A stretch of 64,000 nucleotides of DNA from Rhynchobatus australiae (taxonomy: Eukaryota). The number at the start of each line of letters is the position of its first letter. Position 1 is the stretch's first letter. The stretch spans positions 69,020,101-69,084,100 of the forward strand of contig JAUZTB010000127.1 in NCBI GenBank assembly GCA_034780895.1, read 5' to 3'. The position numbers were made by a program, and so were the translations under genes. Positions 25,463-39,239 of this stretch are shown here, in pieces. Under the pieces are notes generated by a model. It ran no database searches, had not been told where the DNA came from, and was given only the letters and a program-made list of their open reading frames with translations.

Positions 25463-26299
25463 CTGCAAAGAAGAGTGTCAGTCAGTACAAAGAAACATCC
25501 GCCATTCTATTTACAGCATAGTTGGGAAACACATCAGCAGTGTTTTAGATTTTCTCGTTAGCTAGACTGTAGACACTTCCCTTAATTAGCAACCAAAGTA
25601 AATAATTGACAATGGCTGGGCTGGGTTTGTGGAACTTGGAAAAAGAACCATTGCAGTACAGAACTGGACTGTATTACAAACATACTCCAATCATTTAATA
25701 ACTAGTGCCTGTGAAAAAGTACCTCAGTTCCAGCATTTCCAATCTCTAGTCATTGGTCTTCTTTGCTGTTTATTTTATCCTGACATCCAGATGCATGTGA
25801 ACAACTGTTTATCTGAAAATGTACATTAAAAAATGTAATGTCTGTGATAACCTTTTCCTTCTCAATATTTTCCTTCTTAAAGCTGCTGGCTGATATTGCA
25901 GTGCAAGTTCATGAACACTGACACTCTTGGCCACTTTATTAGATGATCTGGACACAAGGTGTTCCTGGATTGGAAGATCTTTCATCAAGGGAAAAAGAAC
26001 AGCTTTTCAGACACTTGAAGATACAGGCCCAACAAAAATGTGAGAGCAAAAAAAGGTGGTAGAAAACAGCAGGCCCAGCAACTCACTGACAACCATGATA
26101 TGTATGGTCTCTCCAGAGCTGTAAAAGCCATGCACGGTCCAAACAAGCAAGATCTCAGCCCACTGAGAGCCAAGAATTGCAGTGGGGGGTGGGGGGGTTG
26201 GTGTTGAGGCATTAACTCTTCTGTAACAGTGACTCTGTGCTTGAAGTGAGCACTTGAGACTCCATCCCCAGTAGCCCATTCGTAACCATCAGGTCAAGC

Positions 26300-27460
26300 A
26301 GGCCACATTTCAATTCAGAAATAACAAGCCCTTGGAGCAGACAGTAAAACTGCTGCAACCTTAAACCTCAGTGGTGAAGAGCTTCAGTCACAAATCCACA
26401 ATCACATTCTTCACACCAGGGAAGAGGAAGATATTAAGATATATTGTGGGACCTTCAAGATGCCGTAATCATGGCCATCTTGCCAGAAAGAGTCAAATCC
26501 ATCTGGTAATTACAAAAAGGGTCTCCCTGCTGTTTGGTACACAGGTCAGTCCTCCTGAACCACTTCCTTTCAATGGCCAAAGAGCTAGTCCTCAAATCAC
26601 AGTGTGGGTTCTGTCCATCTGGAGGTAGAGTAGACGAGATTTTCACTATGCAACAACTAAGGTTGGCCACATCATTTCACGTCCAACACCAGACTCCCCA
26701 GAGAGACATCCAATTCCAAGTCCTGTTATGGGAAGTGAAATTCATTAATGTTCCAGCACAGCTTTTGGTCGACCAAGGAAAAGGGTACGTGAAGATCAAA
26801 ACCTCAGACTTGGCACAAAACCCAAGTACTACTGGGCAGCCACAATCACTGTCTCACACCTGTTTCACATATGTTTCACACCTAGACCACTTACAGCAGG
26901 CATCTCAAGGCACTAGAAAAATAGCACCAAAATCCACCAAATTCACTGAAAAGAGATGGAAACCAATATCAGTGACCTATTCCATGCCAAAGTCCTCAGT
27001 ATCAAGGTCCGAGTTACTCTTGGTCAGCAGCACTAGGCTCGTCACATCGTTCCATGTCCATCGCCACACTCCCCAGACAGACATTCCATTCCAAGCCCCA
27101 AGGATGATACCAGGTGGACAGAGAAAAGGATTCAAGAATGTGTTCAAAGCTTCTTTGAAGACATTGAACATTCCTGAAAACCTCTGATCCATGACCAAAG
27201 TATAATAATGGAGGATAGTATTTAGCCCCTCAGGGCATGCATCAGGAGTACACAGAAGCCTGCAAAAGTGACAGAAGAAGCATACCACCTCAAACTGCCC
27301 ACTTGCCTGCCCCCCTCAGCCACTTCCTTCTTCATCTGTGCACAAGTCTGCAGTTCCCACGTTGGCCTGATTAGCCACCCCAAACCCCTTAAGATCAAAG
27401 TGGAAGCAAGTCATTCACAAACTGAGGGGCTGCCAACGAAGGTGGAAAAGGATCCGGACA
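26300..27460 (+). mobile_element. Degenerate RTE-clade LINE
   Basis: Peptides ELVLKSQCGFCPSGGRVDEIFTMQQL (RTE RT 'PESQCGFR..GTVDMIF'), PGGQRKGFKNVFKASLK and C..VCSSHVGLISH (C-terminal zinc motif); internally deleted. Confidence 0.75.
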
Positions 27461-28013
27461 TGTCAGCAGGCTATCCAGTCAAGAGGCAATAGGAGCTTCA
27501 TAGAGTGGTGTCCACCTTCAAGTAAGGTGCAAACACTCCACTTGTTAAGCAGATACCATTGCTTTGCAATCAGGAATGGAACCTACTGTATAGCTTCTCC
27601 TAACTGAAAATGGGCTTCCTTTCGTGAATGGCAAGATGAAATGTCAACTCATGAAACACATGGGAACCTGAAAATACAAAATTGTTGTGAGGATAGGCAC
27701 AACCCAATGTTACTCCAGTGCCAAGTATGCTTCCCTGATATGGGAATGCTTAGCTCCCACAAAGATGCTGAATGAGACCTGCAGAATCATCAGCTGTTGC
27801 CTTAAGCTAATCAAATGGTAACAGCTTGTAAATCTTCACTGGAGCTGTGGCCAGCCAAGGAGAAAGGAAGTGGCAAACAAAAGTCACCAAACACCTGATA
27901 CATGTCACAACACCACAGAAATGTGCCCAATATCACAGAGCAGCTTTGTAATTATAACAAAGTTAGGTTTTACTCCCATCACAGTGACCCATGTGGTATG
28001 TGGTAGGCACAAG

Positions 28014-28160
28014 GAGGATCACAGATGCTGGAAATCTGGAGCAACACACAAAATGCTGGAAGAACTCAGTGGGTCAGGCAACATTCATGGAGGGAAATAG
28101 ACAGTTGACGTTTTGGGCCGAGATCTTTCTTCAGTCCTGTCCATTTCCCTCCATGGATGA
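28014..28160. mobile_element. Penelope-like terminal fragment (short dispersed repeat)
   Basis: 'cagatgctggaaatctggagcaacacacaaaatgctggaagaactcagtgggtcaggcaacat...gacgttttgggccgagatctttcttcag'. Related copies at about 2180, 20040-20170, 31150-31290, 39500-39570, 55780-56010 and 57290-57390. Confidence 0.5.
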
Positions 28161-28239
28161 GGAATGTGGCAGGTACAGCTTGGGGACCTTGGCAGTGGTG
28201 TCAAGGAAATGAGGGCAACTGAGCTGTTCCAAGCCAGAG

Positions 28240-29172
28240 TAGAGGGGAAATAGTTCACCTGGAAGGACATAAACTGTCTCTATACCCACAAAGGCAATCA
28301 AAAGTTAACATGAACAGATTAGGAATATGAGTGGTACACTGGTCTTTATTACAAGAGGATTTGAGTACAGGAATAAATAAGTCTCACTGCTATTACAGGT
28401 CCTCCCAGGTTACAAATGCCTGACTTGTGTACACCCTTTACATACAAAATAGGCATTTGAGAGACTGGTGGTATGGATTTGCCAGCTGCTCTGGGGCTGC
28501 AGGCATCTTCTGACGCCTGGAAACTCAGTTCGCTGCCACATTTCCAACTTGCAAACTGCCCGAGTTACAAACAGTTCACAGGAATGGAACCATATGGTAC
28601 CCTGGGGAGGACCTGTATACAGAGCCACGGTGAGACCTCACCTGGAGAATTGTGTACAGTTTTGTTCTCTTTACCTAAGAAAGGATGTACATCACAGAGG
28701 GAGTGCAGGGTTGCAGGAATGGCTGGTTTGTCATACAAGGATAAATTGAGTAGACTAGGCTTGTTACCTTTTCAGCTTAGAAGAACGAGAGGAGATCTCT
28801 TTGAAATTTGCAGTATCTTATGGTACTTGACAGGCTATATGCAGGGAAGATGTCTGACCAGGCTGGAGAGATCAAGAATTGGGGTTCACAATCTTAGAAT
28901 AAAGATTAGTAGGGTATTTAGGACTGAGAATGAGGAGAAACTTCTTCAGGTAGAGACTGCTGAATTTTTGAAATTCTCAACCCTAATGGGTTCTGGAGGC
29001 TGAGTTGTGTTTTCATTCAAAACAAGATGAATAGATTTCTGGGCAGAATTGGATGTGGGGAGAATCACAGGAAAATGGGGATTGTACACGAAAGTGGTGT
29101 TGACAAGAAGATCAGCCATGGTGTAGCAGACTAGGAGATACCAAACAGCCAACTGCTGCTCCTGTTCTTATG
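28240..29172 (+). mobile_element. CR1 LINE ORF2 3' end, interrupted by a MITE
   Basis: YRATVRPHLENCVQFCSLYLRKDV and GLSYKDKLSRLGLLPFQLRRTRGDL are typical CR1 ORF2 C-terminal peptides; tail 'ctgctcctgttcttatg'. Confidence 0.85.
28396..28615. mobile_element. Tigger-like MITE nested in CR1
   Basis: TA duplication at 28394-95 and 28616-17. TIRs CAGGTCCTCCCAGGTTAC and GTACCCTGGGGAGGACCTG. Removal restores the CR1 frame CTG CTA TTA TAC AGA GCC (LLLYRA). Confidence 0.88.
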
Positions 29173-32100
29173 AAGAAGTGTGGCTAGATGTAATACCCAA
29201 GACCTGAGAATGCTGTGAAAGGCAGATCATGCAATAGCTTTAGTTTCACAACATCCACACACGGTTTGGCATCTTGCCAGGGCCAACTTGAGAGCCTTGC
29301 AATGTACCCATCAATGAAAAGATATATTACTTTCATGAATGGACACAAGAAGTTTAAGATTCTTGAACCCAAGAATCAACTCTGGTAGATCCTGAGTACG
29401 TATGACTNNNNNNNNNNNNGCAGCACCACAAACTTAGCCATAAAAGTACAAGACTCAAGGAATGTCGACCTCCAGGCTTTGAAGGCATCAATGGAACATT
29501 AATTTGGAGAACTCGGTACACATTTTTGTTAATATTGCCGAGCTGTGGAAAGAAAGTTCTAAGGAGAGGATAACGATAAAGCAACAAAAGTAAAACTACA
29601 CTTCTTGGATGTCAAGACTTTAAATACAAGTCTGGCATTGGGATGCTGATATGAAGTACAACAGATATGTAAAAGACTTGAGAAATTGCTTTTCCATATG
29701 ATGGAAGCCTCTATAAATCACAAAAACAAACAACAGAGTGAATAAAAGCAGACTACTACCAGTCGTTGGGGGTCATGGGTACAAGATTTAAAGTATAATC
29801 TTGTAAAATCCACAGTTGTCAAGATGTCAAATTTACTTCCAGGGTTAGTACATCCACAATCAAGATTAGTTTGTATAAATGGATGACGAAAAAAGATTAG
29901 AGGATTGTGGGAACAGGGTGGGTACACTTGATTATTTGCTCTTGTGAGGAGTAATAGTTGATCTGCATTGGTTAGGCCAATGTCTGTGTTTTAATTTCTA
30001 TACATTTAACCCTTGCAGAGAAGCCCAAGTGTAGAAGGTTGTGTGTTGCTTCTCTTTTGACAACTAATGACACATCATGTAGGCAAATCAAAGTGGAGAG
30101 AAAGGTGTCTGCACTGTAACCTTTCAAAAGAACATTAAAAATTGACATTTTCAACTTCACATCTATAATTAATAAAAAAACAGAGCACCAAATCTCTAAT
30201 GGCCCACTTAAAAAAAAACACATTATGCTGAGCAAGTCTCAGTTTTTGTCCAGTCTTCACTAAGTTGGCTAGCAAAAAGGTATTCCAAATGATCCTAAGA
30301 TCCCAGAATAAAAGGAGAGGGCAANNNNNNNNNNGAGCTTCTCATTTTTCATGCTAGAGGTACAAGTTCAAATCTAATTTCTCACTCAGTTAATATCTAG
30401 TATGTTTGAGTTTCCCAGGGAGAAATCAGCTTTGTTCGACCCCGTGGAACAATGTAGATATAGAGCCAACATGATGATGTAAATCTGCATCTCAGCAAAA
30501 AAGTCAACACCAAAGGAAAAACAATGAAGGAAAAGCAAAAATGTAACACTTCACCATTATATAGTTTAGTTTAGATGGTATAGTGCAAATGAATTACACC
30601 ATAAAACCATTACATACACCAGAGATACCTCACAGCAACTTGAATGCAATAATTTTCTTCAATACTTGCAACATGTTCAACTGGGTTAGTGCCGTGAACC
30701 CTATTGTCTGTTATAATCCTTGCAATTCTTTGCAAGACTTCAGTATCACATCATGACTTGGTCATAGCTTCCTTTGTGTATTTTACTTTCTTTGGTCCCA
30801 CAAGTAACATTCCATTGCTAGGAGCTACTTACTGGAAAAGGAAATGATTCAAATTCAGGCACAGAACTGAACAGAGTGTTCACAGAATCATATCCTGATG
30901 ATCCAAAGGGATATTTATAAAGGATGTGCAAATACACTCAACCATTTTGATTCGGCATCTATGATTTTCTAAGGGCAACCCAATAAACAGTTCATTTTCA
31001 GGGATGGTGTGGGATGCAACCAATGAAGATCAGAGAGATGTGGAGCAAGGCTAGCTGAGTTGTCTAGTCTGAGATATTTCTCTCTGCAGTCTTGCTATAT
31101 AAAGACATTTATTTGAGCCAAACTAGTTTTGAAAGGTAAAAACAGTAAAGCTAGAAGCACTCAGCAAATCAGGCAACATCTGAGGAACATAAAACACAGC
31201 CAACATTTATGGTTAAAGACTCTTGATCAGATGCTGTCTGACAAAAGATTATTGACCTGACTGTTAATTTTGTTTTTCTGTCCTGAGATACTACCCAAGT
31301 TCTTTTGAAATAATTGCATTTAGTTGGAACCAATAAATGGTAAATGGCTAATCAACATTTAAAATAAAGTGGATGTGAGAAGGGGAACACCAAAAAGTGA
31401 CCGAGTTGGTGAAAGAAAATCTCAATGAAATTAATGCATTTCATCAAGACAAAATATAACTGATGGTAGTAGTATAAAAGGTGCAAATTCAAAAAAAATC
31501 TGTTCAGAATGTGATTTAAAGTACTCATTCCACAACAGCCTACAAGGAACCAGTGTGATATCTCATCAATGTTAATGCCCATCTTGGTAGAAGAAATGAG
31601 CACACAATATTATGAGAGCAGAGGGGAAAAAATAATCAATAATTCAAAAATAATTCCTTCTCCTGACTACTAATCCAGTGAAAAGTAAACATGTGAATAC
31701 TGGAGAATGACAAAATCAAATTTTTATCACAATGGGCTTTAATAGTAAAATAGAAAAAATATATTCACTGTTTTGACTGGTAGAAGTTTGAAATAGTTAT
31801 GGAACATGGGACTGTACCTACAGAATGAATCAATGTTTTGAGAGGCAGAAAGGAGAAAATTAAAAGTTTGAAATGCCATTAAGGATCTTTTTAAAGGATA
31901 TGTAAATACATTTCAGCATTGTGATATCTGAATTGTAATGGTGAGATTTTAATTTACTTACATTCTACCCCTGTGCCTGATTAATATTATTCTATCTATT
32001 GGGAAAAGAAAATCTAATTAGAATAATTCGGTTTTAACAGTGGACATTTACCAGAAGTAGTTATAAAATTTCTTTGAAAACACTGGAAAATGTAGCCAGA

Positions 32101-32611
32101 TATACCCCTCCCATGCATTTGTTTTTTTTTGAAAGACTCCATTAATATTACCAAACTAGTATCACATTTGAAACAAAGTCACTCAACAACACAAGTGTGA
32201 TATCTTGTGCGTGATACGTGGTTAGCTTTAACATGTTCCAAGTTCCATCTATATCGTTTACATCAGAATTGCACCTTTTAATCTGAGCTCACAAGAAGTA
32301 CAGCAGTTCAAAATAGAATTACATCAACCAGACAGCAGAAAAGGTTCCTAGTTATGCAAATACATTTTTATCATTTCTCATGTTCACAACCTTGCAGCAA
32401 ACTCTGATTTCAATAAGAAAGGGGCAAGGTTGAACATCAGAATGCTTCTCATAAGAAATAAAAAAATGGATTAAGTTGTTTCTTCAGCATGCTTCATGGC
32501 ATTTTTGTCATTGTTAATAAAACCAATAATAGATGGTTGATTCACTGGAAGAATAAACTTCCAAAAAAAGTTGAGACCTATTTAAATGGGTGGTTAATAT
32601 AAATGCCCTAC

Positions 32612-35048
32612 CTTAGTTAAAGTGGGTGGCATTTGCTTGAATCTTGTGGTAGATCGAGGTTCTTCGAGGTGACTGTTATCTGAATGAAAATACTGATAAT
32701 GTATCGATGGATCTCCAGCAGGGTGTTGTATTTGCTGAATGTGAGACACATGCTCTTTCAAAGTGCTTGATGTATTTGGTTTGAGTGGCTCTAAATTTTC
32801 ACATTTCTGTTCACATTGTTTCTCTCCTTGATTGCTGTATTTTTGTTGTTCCGTACCTCTAGATGAGCAAGCAGGATATTTCTCAGAGCATTGACCAACT
32901 CTGCCAGTAGAGTGCTGGAAGTTTTCCTCAGGACATTGCCTCAGATCATCACCTGGAAGTACGTGCAACTTACTGCAAAAACGCTGACCTTTAGACTTTC
33001 CAATTGAATTTGATTTACTCTGAAGTCCTCCAAAATTACAAGAATCAGACCCAGAGAAGCTTTTACTAGTCTCTTCAAAGAATTTTCTCCTCTCTGCAAA
33101 AGGCACCAATGGGGAGGTATCTGGCTCCTGTAACAATGGCACTGTACATGGTTTTATCTCACCTGACCCACTTTCCTTTATCAGCTTATTTTGAGACTCC
33201 AGTTTATTTTCAGATGTCCACCTTCTTGGGTCACTTCCCCACGATTCCTGTGCAGTCTTTTGCTCAAAACTTCTGGGTAATGAATCTATCTCTGTTTTGC
33301 ATTTGTCTGGTGAAATATTGGAGTTGCTGGCCAATGAACAGAAATACATACTTCCAGTTTTATGATCTTCTGCTGTGTTATCCAGGCTTTTATTGGAACT
33401 TGTGGTCTGTGTCTTTGTGCTAGTAGTTTCTTGTGCTATGTCATTAGCTTCAGACTCATCAGTTATGCAAGTATAGAAAGTGGACGGTTTCTCTTTTGAA
33501 TCATTCATTTCTTCTGAAGTTTCTTCCATCTGCAGCAATGCAGCACCACTTTTGTTCTTCTGGAGCTGAGCTTTCTTCATTTGTATCTCATTACGCAAAT
33601 TTGTGGCAAAGCGGTCACTTTTGCGCCGCATTCTGGCTACTCTGGAATTTGATACACGGGCATTTCGGACAAATTCATTCTTGGTTTCTTCCAAATCTGT
33701 CTCTATTTCCATAATATGACTACTTGAGGATGTGCTTCCAATTTCACTCATTTTATCCAATGGTATTGGAGGTACCTGCTGATGGGCTATCATTTCAGCA
33801 GATGCACCTCTGCAACTTGTTCGACTTAGTTGACTCTTGCAAGATGAAGCAAGATCTTGACTACCTAAACAGTGATTGCAGGAAGAACCATCAATTTCTT
33901 GTTGCTTTCCCTTCAGTATGCATTCAGAACTCAAAGGATTCTCTTTTTTCTGTTTTTCAAATGCAGAATCAATTTTGTTTAAAGTTTTATAAGGAAGCCC
34001 AACACTGGACTGATATCCATCCTGAGGTGTTGATGTACTATTGTGCCATTCACCTCTTTCCTGATCACACTGCATTCCCAATCCATTTTTATTACCGTCT
34101 GAAATCATTAGTGAATGCAGTTGCACTGACAACAACTTCTCAGGTGCACTGTGTCTATGCAAATTCAAAGTTAGTCTTTCATTTTGACCAATTTGATTTA
34201 TGCTCTGGTATTGACTGGCAACAAATGATGGATCAATTAAGTTGCATAAATCCAACTGTCCCATCAAATAACGATTGGATTTTCCAGGAAATGTTGTATT
34301 TTCATGTGAAATAATTTCTTCACTGTGCCTGTGAGAATGACAGTAATGCTTTGGCTGTTGCCTTAACAAACAGCAACACTCAATTGGACAATGACTAGAT
34401 ATGGATTTACCAGAGTGCTGGGAAGAGCCAGTAGAGCAATTAGGAACACAATAAGATTCTCCCTCAGAATCTCTATTTCTCGCCGATAACAAGGTTTCAG
34501 AAGTCCACCTTCCACGGTGAAGCAGCAAGTTTTTTGCTGCAACTGCCTCAGAATTTGTCACACACACAGATGCAGAGCGAGCTTTAGTTGCCACAAAACT
34601 TTCCCTGCGAACAGGTGGCGGTGGAGGGGCTGAGTTGGTAGAGCCTGAAGCGTTTTCTTCATGCACATGGGATTGTGGCATGTTGTCGCTTTCAGATGAC
34701 CCCTTCCCACAATGTGAACAAAGTTGTTCTTCAGCCAGTGGTTCCCCACCTTCACTTCCACTTTGCTGGTATTGGATATCTCCATACCTTGTTGGTAACC
34801 ATGGTCCCAAACTATGCAATATACTGTCCATGGAAGCAGACTCATCTGTCTTCATTGATGATGAAACAGTATAGTCAGAGGTGTTAGAGCTTGCAGAAAA
34901 TGAGCTGTAGGCAGAATCTCTTTTGTTAGGATATGTGCTTTGGTCACAACTTTGGTTGGGTTGGTCAAGGCTGTCCATACTTCCAAATGAGCTCCTTTGA
35001 TCCAAGCTATGATGGAAAGCTAGTTGATCCCACTGCATAGGAAAGTCA
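32612..35048 (-). CDS. shroom4: Shroom4 large central exon (equivalent to human exon 4)
   Basis: Lies in the 831-aa ORF; acceptor cttacag|T at 35048, donor AAG|GTAGGG at 32612; 2437 bp, phase 2-0. Contains SHROOM4 motifs YPNKRDSAYSSFSASSNTSD, PPPPVRRES, HRHSAPEKLL, RRKSDRFATNLRNEIQMKKAQLQK and LVPFAERRKFFEETSKS. Confidence 0.95.
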
Positions 35049-35329
35049 CTGTAAGATACAAGAGAACGTAGGTGATTCCTTAAAAACAAAATACCACAAT
35101 ATCATATTTTGCTCTTTAACTTGTTTTGACAAATAACTTATACGTGCCATTTTCATGTTTGTATCACCATTTTCTGCTCCATGGTTGCAAGATACTAAGT
35201 TCACCTCTTTTGCATTCCTCCTCCTTTAATGTATTGAACCAATTTCTTCCTGCGGCTAAACCATTACACACGAATGTTCATGGGACATTTTAAGTACCTA
35301 CCTCACTGAGTGCGCCAAACGTTAATCAA

Positions 35330-37170
35330 GGATAGTCAGCATGGATTTTTTTTTAAAAAGAGAAGGGTGATATAGAGCATAGTATAAATCAGGAAAATTA
35401 GAGGCATATGTAACAAAGATAATACAATAATCATGGAACACAAATTTACATATAGACTTGGCAAACCAAATTAACAGTAAATCGCGGAGTGTAAATCTGG
35501 ATGGTTTTCCAGATCATTATTTTGAGGAACCAGCNNNNNNNNNNNNNNNNNNNNNNNNNNNNNNNNNNNNNNNNNNNNNNNNNATTCATGTAGCTAATGG
35601 GGCCTTAGAGAAGAGTGATAATAATATGAAAGGATTCTATATTAAAATTGAAAGTCATTTAGATAAATTTGAATAAAAACAAACAATGACGATAAGAAAT
35701 GCAAGTACATTTGGTAATTTCGTAAACAATATTAAGAGGTATGACAGTAGACAAACAATCATTAATACTTAAAAGAACACACAAGTTGCAGCAAATATAT
35801 TCATTAAGACACAAATGGAAAAAATTGAAAATTTTCCCTGCGCGCAGATGGTGGGGGAGGGGCTGTGTTGGTATAATCTAGAGTACTTCCTTCCCAGACA
35901 TGGCAAGGTAACATTTCATCTCTTTCAGATGACCCATTCCCAAGCTAACAAATGGAACAGGGTATAGTAGATGAACATATGAATTAGGAGCAGGAGCTGG
36001 CACTTAGTCCTTTGAGCTACTCTGCCATTCCGTAAGATCATGGCTGATCTGATTGCAATGTCAGAGTACAGTTCTGGAATAATTAATGAGCCTGAAAGCT
36101 GATAAATCCCCTGGATCTGATCACCTTCATTCCAAGGCTGTGAAAGAGGTGGCTTTGCAGATAGTGGATACTCTAGTTGTCATCTTATAAAATCCCATTG
36201 TTTCTTGAACAGTTCCTACAGATAAAGGTTAGTTAATAAAGGGGGATCGAATAACATGGAATTACAGACCAATTAACCTGACCAGTAGTAGGGAAAATGT
36301 TAAAGTCTATCATAAAAGTATAAACAGGACACTTAGAAAATAATAATAGGATTGAGCTGAGTCACAATGGATTTATGAAAGGGAGATCACATTTGATAAA
36401 TGTTATAGTTCTTTTGAAGGTGCAACTTACAAAGCAAATATTGGGGAAAATCAGATAGACGTGGCATATTTGGACTTTCAAAAGACCTTTGATTATGTGC
36501 CACATAAGGATTTACTTAATAAAATTAGAGCACAAGGGATTGGGAGTGATACATTAACATGGATTGTGGAATTGCTTAATATAAAGAAAACAAATTGTAA
36601 TAAACAGCAAGTCAATTTTAGGCCAATAGGAACCCTGGCTGTTCACAATCTAAATCAATAATTTGGATGAAGGGACCAAGTATAATATATCCAAAGTTGC
36701 TGCTAATACATAGCTAGGTGGCAGTGAGTTGTTGAGTAGGCTTCAGGGGTATGTATATAGGTTAAGTGCATGGGTAAGAATGTGGCAGGGGACACAATGT
36801 GGAAATGTGAAATCATCCATTCGGTAAAAAAAATAAAAACACAGAGCATTTTTTAAAAACAAAATCGATAGAGAGATTGAACAGTGTAGGTGTTCAAAGG
36901 GACTTGTGTACAAGATCAATGGTGGCTCACTTCATTTACTGAGGAATGGTTGGATAAGAGAAAAGCTACATCAGAAGTGAAAACTGCAAAAGGAAGGTAG
37001 ATAAAAAGGTACTGGGAGAAGAGAGGAGAATAATCTCTCCAGGAATATAAAAGGTAGCTTGGAATAAATCCAATGAAGAAAAAATTTTTTTATCCAGAGT
37101 GGTGAGAAGTGGTGCATAATTTAGATGCCTTTAAGGGAAAGCCAGCTAGGTACATAAATGAGAAAATAAN
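35330..37170 (+). mobile_element. Degenerate CR1 LINE ORF2 (endonuclease and RT fragments)
   Basis: 'aaatcccctggatctgat' (KSPGSD), 'aattacagaccaattaacctg' (NYRPI), AYLDFQKTFDYVPHKDLLNKIRAQGIG (RT motif). Confidence 0.82.
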
Positions 37171-38271
37171 NNNNNNNNNNNNNNNNNNNNNNNNNNNNNN
37201 NNNNNNNNNNNNNNNNNNNNNNNNNNNNNNNNNNNNNNNNNNNNNNNNNNNNNNNNNNNNNNNNNNNNNNNNNNNNNNNNNNNNNNNNNNNNNNNNNNNN
37301 NNNNNNNNNNNNNNNNNNNNNNNNNNNNNNNNNNNNNNNNNNNNNNNNNNNNNNNNNNNNNNNNNNNNNNNNNACCAGCTGGTTGCTTCTTCTATCCTTT
37401 TTTATATTTATATGTATGCAAGTGCATTGCTATGGGAGACAACAGAGCGACCTCTTGCCAGCACAAAAGAAAAAAAAGAGGAAAAGCCACAAAGCCATAA
37501 AGGAATATTTACCCTCCATGGGGTAACAAAATTAAACAGTAAAATTCATTATGCACATATTTATATTAAAGAACAGCATGAAAAAGTCTGTCAATTCAAA
37601 ATGCTTAATGTAGTTTAGAAGCTAAAACCAGCATCATTAACAGAGATCCATCAACATCCATTCCAGCAAAATACTTTTCTAGGCTGACATTGCAGAAGTC
37701 AGGGCCCCAATGTAATTACAATAAACACAATGATTCCTGTCAGATCAGCAGTAGTGACAGAGAACAACAAATCACAAACATATGAACAAAAGAATAGAAT
37801 GAAAGAGGGATTAAATTTTCAGCACTTCCATACTCTTGCTGTTTTAATATTTACCCAATTTTCTCTTCTCTATTGCAAAGGAAGTCTCATGCTAGCATAT
37901 GATTTTACAGCATTGGCTACTCCCAGTACCACACCCAAGTCACGTTCTTCACCCAAGCAGACAATGTCATACTCAAATTTAAATGTGCCCTAGAATAACA
38001 CTCTCACAGGCACATTTAACATGAGTCTCCAAGGATCAATTGCAATTAGCAATTCCAAATGATTTTACCTACCCAAACCCAGAGGCACTTAAATTTTCTA
38101 CACTCCTTCAATTAACATGCTAGTTTGGATTAACTAATTTGGACCCTGATCTGATCTGAAGATTTTCTTATGCCTCAGGACCAAAATGAATTTAACTGGT
38201 ACCTTTCACACACTTCGTTCTTCTCATTAATAATCTTAACTGTCACATGCAACCACCGTTCAGAAACTCAC

Positions 38272-38403
38272 CTGGAGTCATATCCCGAATGCCACGACAG
38301 ACTGAGAGACCCTGATGAATAGGGCATCATAGTGGCCTCAGGTTGTGCCTCTGATAACTTGGCCAGGTGCCATGTGTAAGGTCTTATGCCAGGACCACTT
38401 CTC
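38272..38403 (-). CDS. shroom4: Shroom4 coding exon (equivalent to human exon 3, just after the PDZ domain)
   Basis: Acceptor tttcttttag|G at 38403, donor AG|GTGAGT at 38272; 132 bp, phase 2-2. Encodes RSGPGIRPYTWHLAKLSEAQPEATMMPYSSGSLSLSWHSGYDS, close to recalled human SHROOM4 'RPHSWHVAKLLEGCPEAATTMHFPSEAFSLSWHSGCNT'. Confidence 0.9.
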
Positions 38404-39239
38404 CTAAAAGAAATAAAAGCCACCAATGTAAGCTGTAGATAATGGAACACTCAATTCAATAAAACACTCAAAACACTCAAAGCTCTGTAGACCTTATCTG
38501 CCTACAAAACAATGATTACACTTCAAAAGTACTTAAATTAGCAGAGAAGCATTTTGAAACATTCTGAAAACAAGAAAGACGCTAATGCAAATACATTTCA
38601 TTTACGGAACAAGACCCAACCAAGAATAGCATGTGCTGGATAACAAAACATGCAACAAATATTTTGATAGGATCTACACATCTTAAAGTTACACTCATTA
38701 TGTTTTAAGGCCATTTTCTTAACTAATGCATTGGTCTGCTGCAATTTCTACACCTTCCCCAAAATTCCTCAACTGAAAATTCTCACTGGTACAGCTCCAC
38801 GTGCTCTGGCAGCACTTTGATATATCAGCTGGATGTATTTTTCACGTGCAAATGTCTTGGGTGAATGTTGGTGGGCTTTTCGAGAATAGAAAGCAACACC
38901 CCTCAACTTTTCATCAATAGCTTCTAGACAGCGGTCAGTAAAGAGAATCTAACTGATTTTGCCTCTCCCTCACCAATGGCTACTGAAGTTAATTGTCACA
39001 TACAACATAGCCAATTAGGACTTTCACTAAGATCATGCAACTTTATGATTCTCATAACTCAGTCCCATATCTGACACCACATTTATTCAGCGAGTCACGA
39101 ATACAGCTTGTTTTCTCAGTGGTTTATATATACAGTCCTTCAGTTCAGAATCTCCTTGTCAAACAAAGAAAATTTGTTACAGTAAGCATGTCAGTGCCAA
39201 CTAAACAGGACATATAGTTTGACAAATTACTATTTCATA

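Noticed and set aside
33109-34887. Plus-strand ORFs up to 196 aa antisense to the large shroom4 exon
   Set aside because: Shadow ORFs of the real coding strand, with no recognisable domain.
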